Position numbers and translations under genes: made by a program | Shown: piece by piece, positions 50,851-61,600 of the stretch | Position numbering within the stretch: position 1 is the stretch's first letter | Layout of the letters: every line of letters starts with the position of its first letter | Origin: Macrostomum lignano | Taxonomy: Eukaryota | Assembly (NCBI GenBank): GCA_002269645.1 | Contig: NIVC01001187.1 | Coordinates: 248,001 to 312,000 of the forward strand | Direction: 5' to 3' | DNA length: 64,000 bases | Notes under the pieces: model-generated | Databases searched by the model: none | Told to the model about the DNA's origin: nothing | Seen by the model: only the letters and a program-made list of their open reading frames with translations

Positions 50851-51894
50851 GGCACTCCAGAATGCGGCTCCGGACCTCCTTGACCTGCCGGGGGTGAGGC
50901 AGGCAGGGAACCAACCGGGGGGTCTGCGCTAAGACGCAAATCTGTCCGCTCCCATCCCACAGTTCCAGCAGCGATGGGGAAGAGAGGAGCGACCCCCCGG
51001 CCCTCCCGGCCTTGCCCTCTCTTATTAGTAAAACTTGGAAAATGAATAAATTACTAGGGGCTCGGGAGGACGGGGACAGCGTCAGGGAAGGAGGGCTGAC
51101 AAGCCCTGGGAAGGAATCGGGGGGGATTTCAGTTAGTTAGCTAAGCCTAAGGAAATAAGGGAATTGATTGAAGTGAATAAGTAATAAAATGCAGAGCAGC
51201 GAGGCCGACATGGTGCGGCCTGAGCCCACTCACTCACTCAACTACACTCCTTGCTCACTTCCCAAATGCTGCCCACCCAGCCAGTGAGATCTGGGGATTT
51301 TTATTTTTGGGAAAGAGAGCAAGTAGCTCTGGTGTACCAAGTGGATGGGCTGCTGTGGCTACACTTTCACTTTAACTGGAACTCAACTCTCTAAACTCTC
51401 AAGCCCTCAGATCCCTCTCGATCGCCCTCCCCGCGTCCCTGTCTCTCCCTGCTCAATCGGGCCAGTTGCCACTGCAGGCTTCGGCTCGCTTATGGGTGGT
51501 TATTTGCAAAAATTGCAACTAGCGCTGTCCTCTTGCTGCTTTTGCTGGCCTGCAGGGAGTGGGGGGGGGGGTTGAGACTGCGGTGCTCGATCGCTGCATG
51601 CTGCAGTGGCGAAATCAGGACTAAGGGCAAAGGAAATCTACAAGTTCGCTTCTGCGACAAGTGTGTTGTTGCTTGCAAAGCAGATCTAGAAGATTAGAAA
51701 TGCAACAATGTGAATTTGACTCAGACTGAACTCTCATCTGTTGCTGTTGACAAGACAAGCTCGGGTTAATAAGGGATTAGCCAGCTTATTTAAAAAATGT
51801 TGCATGTAGATAAATAAAATATTGGATTGCTCCAAAACATTCTTTAGCGTGAAAGGAAACTTCAGGAAATCTTGACATTGGAAACAGATCCCAG

Positions 51895-52590
51895 GCGTGA
51901 GATCCCAGTGGTATGATCAGATATCTTTGTGGCATGATCACAGATCCCAGTGGCATGATCACAGATCCCAGTGGCATGATCACAGATCCCAGTGGCATGA
52001 TAACAGATCCCAGTGGCATGATCACAGATCCCAGATCCCAGTGGCATAATCTCAGATCCCAGTGGCATAGTCCCAGATCCCAGTGGCCTCATCCCGGATC
52101 TCAGTGGCATGATCACATATCCCAGTGACATGATCACATATCCCAGTGACATGATCCCAGATCCCAGTGGCATGATCCCAGATCCCAATGGCATGTTCAC
52201 AGATCGCAGTGGCATGATCACAGATCCCAGTGACATGATCCCAGATCCCAGTGGCATGATCACAGATCCCAGTGACATGATCCCAGATCCCAATGGCATG
52301 TTCACAGATCGCAGTGGCATGATCACAGATCCCAGTGGCATGATCACAGATCCCAGTGGCATGATCCCATATCCCAGTGATATGATCCTATATCCCAGTG
52401 ACATGATCCTATATCCCAGTGACATGATCCCAGATCCTAGTGGCATGATCCCAGATCCCAGTGACATGATCCTATATCCCAGTGACATGATCCCAGATCC
52501 TAGTGGCATGATCCCAGATCCCAGTGGCATGATCACAGATCCCAGTGGCATGTTCACAGATCCCAGTGGCATGATCCCAGATCCCAGATG
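51895..52590. repeat. 21-bp minisatellite GATCCCAGTGGCATGATCACA
   Basis: Direct tandem repeat. Confidence 0.92.
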
Positions 52591-53224
52591 CGTGCACACT
52601 TGTGTCGAGAAAAAGCGAACTCATGAATCGCAACTGAAAAAATCTGTTGTCTGAGAAGCTGACCGCACAGCTGTAGCTTCATCCCAGCAGCTCCACACGG
52701 CAGCGGCGGGGCTGGCCGCGCTGGTGCAGACAGAAACTAAAAAATTCAGAATATCTTTGAAGCCCGGGCTTTCAATTTCAGTGAAGTCCCGGCCAATATT
52801 GAATTACCGGACAAGTTCGTTACCAACCTGAGGGTCTAATGTCATTATTGGCCTCGGGCTCTAATTCTGCACTCAAGCTCAACCGTAATTCAATAACAGC
52901 AAGTTGGCATGAATCGCCCCCAGCTGACTACGGAGCGGAGGCCAAACACGGCCGTGGCGTGCAGGAATTAAATCAAATAGGACTTGAGGCCGATGGCGAT
53001 CCCAGTGAGCCCCAGGATTTCAGCTTTCGAGAGCTGCTGCAATCTATTTTAACAAATCGACTATTTTATTACTAGATTAGTTCCACTTTGTAATTGGATG
53101 ACCAGGAGCCGAGGGGAAGCGGATTTATCAACGCCAAGGGATCATGGGACAAAATTTCGTGATGAAAAGTTTTCATCAGACCAAATTAATATTTTTCGTT
53201 TATTGTGTAAACAATGCAGTTCCC

Positions 53225-54120
53225 CGACTTCCTAAATCCCAAAAATTATGGGATCTCACTGATGCCAAAGGATTGTGGGATTTCCCTGGTCTCAAAGATT
53301 ATGGGATTCTCCGATCCCAAAGGATTATGGGATTCACCGATCTCAAAGGATTATGGGGTTTCACCAATCCTAAAGGATTATGGGATTTCACCGATCTCAA
53401 AGGATTATGGGGTTTCACTAATCCCAAAGGATTATGGGATTTCCCCAATCCCAAAATATTATGGGATTTCCCCAATCCCAAAGGATTATGGGATGTCCCT
53501 AATACCAAAGGATTATGGGATTTCACCGATCTCAAAGGATCATGGGATTTCCGCAATCCCAAAGGATTGTGGGATTCTCCGATCCCAAAGGATTATGGGA
53601 TTTCCCCAATCCCAAAGGATTATGGGATTTCCCCAATCCCAAAGGATTATGGGATTTCCCCAATCCCAAAGGATTATGGGATTTCCCCAATCCCAAATGG
53701 GATTTCCCCAATCCCAAATGGGATTTCCCCAATCCCAAAGGATTATGGGACGTCCCTAATGCCAAAGGATTATGGGATGTCCCTAATACCAAAGGATTAT
53801 GGGATTCACCGATCTCAAAGGATTATGGGATTCACCGATCTCAAAGGATTATGGGGTTTCACCAATCCCAAAGGATTACGGGATTTCCCCAATCCCAAAG
53901 GATTATGGTATTTCCCCGATCTCAAAGGATCATGGGATTTCCGCAATCCCAAAGGATTATGGGATTCACCGATCTCAAAGGATCATGGGGTTTCACCAAT
54001 CCCAAAGGAATATGGGATTCACCGATCTCAAAGGATCATGGGGTTTCACCAATCCCAAAGGATTATGGGATTTCCACAATCCCAAAGGATTATGGGATTC
54101 TCCCATCCTAAATTATTGTG
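53225..54120. repeat. About 27-bp minisatellite GATTATGGGATTTCCCCAATCCCAAAG
   Basis: Direct tandem repeat with 26/27-nt variants. Confidence 0.92.
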
Positions 54121-54714
54121 GGATTTCCATTATTTCAAAGGACCAGCGCATGTCAAATAAAAAGGCAGCGTTAATGAAATCAGTCAGTTCCAATCATGGC
54201 GAGGTGCAATATACAATCAGTTTACCGGGGCCACAATAGCATTGTATTTTTATAATACCGGCGTGTACTCTAAAACTTTACTGTTAAACAAAGTGGGCTC
54301 ACGCAGGGAATCTTTCAGATGTATTTTCTAAAATACTTGAATAAAATACTTGAACAAAATACAAAAAATCTCAGATGAGAAGTTAAACCCATCGAATTAA
54401 CTGGATAAAGAGAGAAAGTACGTTTAGTACTTGCACGGAAGGCTGAAAGCTCTGCAACAGAAACACACAAGGATCAGCAGGATCGGACGACAATTTGTTG
54501 TTTCTTAGAAAAGTTTTGAAGGCTCAAGTTGCTTGAGAAATATGCTACAAAAGCCGGACTACGGGCTTGTGCCGTCCATCTAATTCTAGTGGTCCTTGAA
54601 AAATACAAGCAGATGTCACTGGCCATTGCTAGCTAAAGAAGCACGAAGCGCGTATGCGCATGCCGGTTACGTTAAGCTTCTGCTACTGTTAGTAGCGCGC
54701 GCAAGAAGTGGACA

Positions 54715-55530
54715 ATATCCATGGATAGGTTAGACACTTGGACATTACTGGTATCCATGGATAGATTAGACACTTGGACATTACTGGTATCCATGGATAG
54801 ATTAGACACTTGGACATTACTGGTATCCATGGATAGATTAGACACTTGGACATTACTGTTATCCATGGATAGATTAGACACTTGGACATTACTGTTATCC
54901 ATGGATAGATTAGACACTTGGACATTACTGGTATCCATGGATAGATTAGACACTTGGACATTACTGGTATCCATGGATAGGTTAGACACTTGGACATTAC
55001 TGGTATCCATGGATAGGTTAGACACTTGGACATTACTGTTATCCATGGATAGATTAGACACTTGGACATTACTGGTATCCATGGATAGATTAGACACTTG
55101 GACATTACTGGTATCCATGGATAGATTAGACACTTGGACATTACTGGTATCCATGGATAGATTAGACACTTGGACATTACTGGTATCCATGGATAGATTA
55201 GACACTTGGACATTACTGGTATCCATGGATAGATTGGACACTTGGAAATTACTGGTATCCATGGATAGATTAGACACTTGGACATTACTGGTATCCATGG
55301 ATAGATTAGACACATGGACATTACTGGTATCCATGGATGGGTTAGAGTAGACACTTTGAAATTGCGGGTATCCATGGACATTTCAGAGATTTGGACATTA
55401 CTGGTATCCATGGAAATTTTAGAGACTTGGACATTGCGGGCATCCATGGACAGGTTAGACATATAGACATTACCGACTACCGGTATCCAACGAAAGTTTA
55501 GACACCGGACATAATGGACACATGGACATC
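54715..55530. repeat. 36-bp minisatellite ATCCATGGATAGATTAGACACTTGGACATTACTGGT
   Basis: Homogeneous to about 55345, then decays toward the OPA1 3' end. Confidence 0.93.
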
Positions 55531-55642
55531 ACTAAAATCAGTACATCACGAACACAAACGCTGCAAACGCCAGCACATTTCTGTTGCCTGGACAAATCGG
55601 ACAATTCACGGATGTCACGGACATTCTGACGCTGCTGCGTCA

Positions 55643-58600
55643 TCACAGCGATGTTTTACGACGCCGGGACTTGGAGAAAGCGAATCCTTCGTTGCCGCCG
55701 CCGGTGTCAGCGAAAGTGCCGCCGCTCCGGTCGCCCTCGATGGCGTCGTCGGCCGAGTTGAGCGCCTCGATGAAGCGGTCCAGCTTCTCCTCGGCCAGGC
55801 GCAGGCTGTGGATGTCCTCGGCCAGCTGGACACTGCGGCCGCGCAGCGACTCCCGTAGCCGGCCGGGCTCCGCCGCCAGGCCAGTGAGGGCGTCGCCGAC
55901 GGCCCGCTCAAGTCGGCGCGCCTCGATGTTGACGGCCTGCTGGCGCAGCGCCGAGCAGGTGGCGTTGAGCATGCGGCCGACCCGGTGGAAATACGGCACC
56001 GCGGCGCAGGCGGCGGCGGTGGACAGGCGCTGCTGATAGTGGTAGAACATCCTGGCGCACTGGTCGCAGTTGGCCAGCCCGGCCCGCAGAGCCATCTGGC
56101 GACGGACCAGCGGCCAGGCCTCGCGCAGCTCCTCGTCTGTGACCGCGGCGCCGGCTGCCTCGCCGGGGCTTCTATGGCTGGCGAAGGAGCGCCTGGCGGC
56201 AGCGAGGTCAGCAGCCGACAGACTCGCAGACGGAATGCCGGCTGTCAGGGGAGTGGGCGGGGAGATTGGAATACTCAAGGAGGACAGATTGAATGGGAAT
56301 TAGGAACACAGTTGCAACTTAAAGGGGATTAGAAAAGTCACAGTGACAGGGGATCAGGACAGTCACAGTGACAGGGGATCAGGACAGTCACATGGGGATC
56401 AGGACAGTCACAGGGGATCAGGACAGTCACAGGGGGGTCAGGACAGCCACAGGGGGATCAGGACAGTCACATGGGGATCAGGACAGTCACAGGGGATCAG
56501 GACAGTCACAGGGGGGTCAGGACAGCCACAGGGGGATCAGAACAGTCACAGGGGATCAGGACAGTCACAGGGGGGTCAGGACAGTCACATGGGGATCAGG
56601 ACAGTCACAGGGGGATCAAAACAGTCACAGGGGGATCAGGACAGTCACAGGGGGATCAGGACAGTCACAGGGGGATCAGGACAGTCACAGGGGGGTCAGG
56701 ACAGATCACAGGGGGATCAGGACAGTCACATGGGGATCAGGACAGTCACATGGGGATCAGGACAGTCACAGGGGGGTCAGGACAGTCACAGTGGCAGGGG
56801 ATCAGGACAGTCACAGGGGGATCAGGACAGTCACAGGGGATCAGGACAGTCACATGGGGATCAGGACAGTCACAGGGGGATCAGGACAGTCACAGGGAGA
56901 TCAGGACAGTCACATGGGGATCAGGACAGTCACATGGGGATCAGGACAGTCACAGGGGGATCAGGACAGTCACAGTGGCAGGGGATCAGGACAGTCACAG
57001 GGGGATCAGGACAGTCACATGGGGATCAGGACAGTTACATGGGGATCAGGACAGTCACATGGGGATCAGGACAGTTACATGGGGATCAGGACAGTCACAG
57101 GGGATCAGGACAGTCACAGGGGATCAGGACAGTCACAGTGGCAGGGGATCAGGACAGTCACAGGGGATCAGGACAGTCACAGGGGATCAGGACAGTCACA
57201 GGGGATCAGGACAGTCACAGGGGATCAGGACAGTCACAGGGGATCAGGACAGTCACAGGGGATCATGACAGTCACAGGGGATCAGGACAGTCACAGGTAA
57301 TCTCACCTGAGCCAGCCGCAGTCCGCAGCGCCTGCACCAGCCTGCTCAGCCGGTCCTGCTCAGGCGTGGGCGCCTTCAGCCACTTGGCCCAGCGCTGCCA
57401 GCCGGAGGGCCCACAGACCTGCGCCAGCTCGGCCTCCGTCTCGGCCAGCCGGTGCCGCAGCGCCTGCCTGAGCAGCGCCACCGCCGAGTCCCAGTCGGCG
57501 CGGCCGGGCTCGGCGCCCTGGTCGAGCAGAGCCGCCGACTGCAGCACCCGGAGAGCCGCCTCGGCCTTGGGATCCCAGCGGTGCGCCTGCACGGCCTCGG
57601 CTCGCACGGCGGAGCAGAGCGGCTCCAGCACGGGGTCGCCGCCGGCACCTGCGGGCAGGTCGGCGAACTGCTGGTACAGCACGGAGCGGCCCGCGGTCAC
57701 GCACTGGCCGGGCAGGTCCGACTCCACCCAGCGGCGCAGGCCGATGTCAAGCCGAGTCTGCAGCAGCTCCGGCCTGGCCTCTGGCGCTGAATTGGCCGAC
57801 TCAGCCTCCAGTAGAAGGTCCAGGGCCTGCGACAGCAGCGGACCGGAGAGGCTGTCGCGAAATGCCGCCTCCCAGCGCTGAGGGAGGGCCGGGTGGTGGA
57901 GGACTGCTGAAGTACTTCCGCTTTCACCATGGATAGATGCTGCAATCCGCCCCCTCCCGATAGAGGCTGCCATCCGCCCCCGATCGAGGCTGCCATCCGC
58001 CCCCGATCGAGGCTGCCATCCGCCCCCGATCGAGGCTGCCATCCGCCCTCCGATCGAGGCTGCCATCCGCCCCCCGATACACAACACCACTCCCTAAACT
58101 CAGCCACCCGCCCACCCCATACTCAGCCACCGCCTTAGCTCACACAGAGCCACCGCCCACCCCGCATTCAGCAACCGCCCCAGCCCGCACTCAGCAGCCG
58201 CCCCAGCCCGCACTCAGCAACCGCCCCAGCCCACACTGAGCCACCGCCCACCCCGCACTCAGCAACCGCCCCAGCCCACACTCAGCCACCGCCCACCCCG
58301 CACTCAGCAACCACCCAAGCCCGCACTCAGTAACCGCCCCAGCCCACACTCAGCCACCGCCCACCCCGCACTCAGCAACCGCCCAAGCCCGCACTCAGCA
58401 ACCGCCCAAGCCCGCACTCAGTAACCGCCCTAGCCCGCACTCAGCAACCGCCCCAGCCCGCACTCGGCAAGCTCAAGTCCCACCTCAGCCGGCAGAGCGC
58501 TCAGTGCGATGACCTCATCCAGCAGGTCCGACCGCGCCTTCTCAAACAGCTCAGCCCTGGAGCACTGCCGCCTGCCGGGGAAGCTGTGCTTCCACTCCGT

Positions 58601-61600
58601 CTCCAGGTTAAAGCGAAGCGCCTTCAACGAATCCGCCTGAGCCTCGACCGACTCCCGCACCAGGGCCCAGAATCGCCTGCTGACGGCGCGGGCCATGTTG
58701 GCCGCGGTGACCTGATTGGGCGAGAGGCGGCCATCTTTGAACAGGCGCGAGCTGGCGAAGTACTCGGCTTCGTGTCGTTCAATTGCTTCAACAGATTCGT
58801 CCTGACTGCCCGACCCTGTGACCACGGCGAAGTAGCCCAGAGCCTTCAGCGGCAGGAGGCGGCCTGCCAGCAGCTTGGCGACTCGGTCAGGAGACACCTG
58901 CGGCAGGATGGGAGAAGAATGGGACGGATGGGTGAGGTAAGAGGGCGGATGGGAGAAATTAGGGGGTGGACAGGAGATCTCAGGGGCGGACGGGAGATGT
59001 CAGGTGCGGATGGTAGATGTCACGTGTGGACGGGAGATGTCAGGTGCGGACGGGAGATGTCAGGTGCGGACGGGAGATGTCAGGGGCGGATGGGAGATGT
59101 CAGGTGCGGACGGGAGATGTCAGGTGCGGATGGGAGATGTCAGGTGCGGACGGGAGATGTCAGGTGCGGACGGGAGATGTCAGGGGCGGACGGGAGATGT
59201 CAGGTGCGGACGGGAGATATCAGGGGCGGATGGGAGATGTCAGGGGCGGACGGGAGATGTCAGGTGCGGACGGGAGATGTCAGGGGCGGACGGGAGATGT
59301 CAGGTGCGGACGGGAGATATCAGGGGCGGATGGGAGATGTCAGGGGCGGACGGGAGATGTCAGGTGCGGACGGGAGATGTCAGGTGCGGACGGGAGATGT
59401 CAGGGGCGGATGGGAGATGTCAGGTGCGGATGGGAGATGTCAGTGGCGGACGGGAAATGTCACGTGCGGACGGGAGATATCAGGGAAAAATGGGAGATGT
59501 CAGGTGCGGATGGGAGATGTCTGGTGCGGACGGGAGATGTCAGGGACGGATGGGAGATGTCAGGGGCGGACGGGAGATGTCAGGGGCGGATGTGAGATGT
59601 CAGGGGCGGACGGGAGATGTCAGGGGCGAACGGGAGATGTCAGGGGCGGATGGGAGATGTCAGGGGCGGACGGGAGATGTCAGGGGCGGATGGGAGATGT
59701 CAGGGGCGGACGGAGATGTCAGGGGCGGATGAGATTTTAGAAGGTGTGGATCGGATTATGGAAGGGATCAGATGGAAGTAGAGGGCGGCTGTGAGCGAGG
59801 AACAAGCCACACCCAGTGCTAACTGCAGCCTCACCTTGTCCCTCTCGGCCAAGTCCATCTTGGTGAGCACAAATATGGTTCGCCTGCCGGCGGGTCGTGC
59901 TTGGCCACCAGGTCGAAGGCGTTGGACCGTTCTGGGTCGACGCAGGCGTCGGCCACGCACAGGATGATGGCGTTGGGGTTGCGCATGTACTGGCGGGCCA
60001 GCTGGCGGATGGACTCGCCGGTCTGCGCGGCCATGCCGGCCGTCTCGGTGCTGATGATGCCGGGCAGGTCCACCAGCACCATGCGGGGCAGGCCGGGGCC
60101 CTGCACCGACAGCGGGATCGCCTCAGTGGAGACAGCGGCATCCGGGCCGGACGAGCGGACAGCGGCGCGCATTCGGCGCTCGATGGCGTCGCGCAGGGCG
60201 GCCAGCTCGGACTCTTTGGTCAGGTCGAACTCTCTAGGGAGGGTGTTGATGGGTCATAGTGGGTCAGGTCATACCGGAGCCTGCTGGGTCATAGTGGGTC
60301 AGGTCATACCGGAGCCTGCTGGGTCATAGTGGGTCAGGTCATACCGAAACTGCTGGGTCATAGTGGGTCAGGTCATACCGGAGCCTGCTGGGTCATAGTG
60401 GGTCAGGTCATACCGGAGCCTGCTGGGTCATAGTGGGTCAGGTCATACCGGACCGTGCTTGGTCATAGTGGGTCAGGTCATACCGGAGCCTGCTGGGTCA
60501 TAGTGGGTCAGGTCATACCGAAACTGCTGGGTCATAGTGGGTCAGGTCATACCGGAGCCTGCTGGGTCATAGTGGGTCAGGTCATACCGGAGCCTGCTGG
60601 GTCATAGTGGGTCAGGGTTATACCGGACCGTGCTTGGTCATAAAGGGATTGGGTAGGGGTCATAGAGGGTCAGGTCATACGAGACCGGCATGGGGTCATA
60701 GTGGGTCAGGTCATACCAGACCGACACGGGGTCATAGTGAATTAGGTCATACCAGACCGACACGGGGTCATAGTGAATTAGGTCATACCACAAGTTGAAG
60801 TCATAAATAATGGCGTCATAAACCCTAAATTGATGACGTCATGAAGACATTAAGTCCCTTCCACACCTGTCCGGATCGTCCTTAAATCTGGCCACATGGT
60901 AGGGCCCGTCAGCCAGGGTCACCTGCACCGGCGCCCGCGTCATCATCTCGCCGGCGCCGCGAGGAAACAGCCGAGCCCGGGCCACAGCCTCCAGCACGGA
61001 GGTCTTGCCGGAGCTCTGGTCGCCGATGACCACCACTCGCGGCAGATGATCGGCGGCAGAGAATTTGGCGTCCCGCTCGGACAGGGCGTCCAGCACTTCG
61101 CTGTACATGTCGATCAGGGACTTCCGAGCCGACCGGGAGCCGCGGCCGGGGCCGCCCAGCCGCAGCTCGGCCAGCCGGCGGCGAAGCTCGCGAGCTTCGG
61201 CCTCGAGCGAGGCGGCCTCGCGTTGGTAGCGAATCTCCAGCTCCTCCAGCTGCTGGGCGAGCTCCGTCGGCGCGTCTGCGTCGAGCGCCGCCGCCGAGGA
61301 CTCGGCGCCTCCGTCGGCTTTGTTGGAGGCGTCTGCGACGAATGCAAGAAAATATTCTGCGTTGTTTTCACAAAAATTAGCGATAATATCACCAACAGAC
61401 TACTCATTATACTTAAGTAGCAAATTAAGCTTCGTAATATTTAACTTTTTGAACTTACCCGATGGACGCTGGACAAGTGACTTTAAACTGGCAACGGAGT
61501 TCTTCAACCAGCCCTGCAGAAGACAATTATAGATAAGGAGATTGCGAGTAGTTCAGCTGCAATAACTATGATTGTAGTGCGCAGAAACCTGCCAGCAAAG

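Noticed and set aside
56343-59740. Long plus-strand ORFs (512, 384, 310 aa)
   Set aside because: Minisatellite frames fused to the antisense of GC-rich OPA1 exons.
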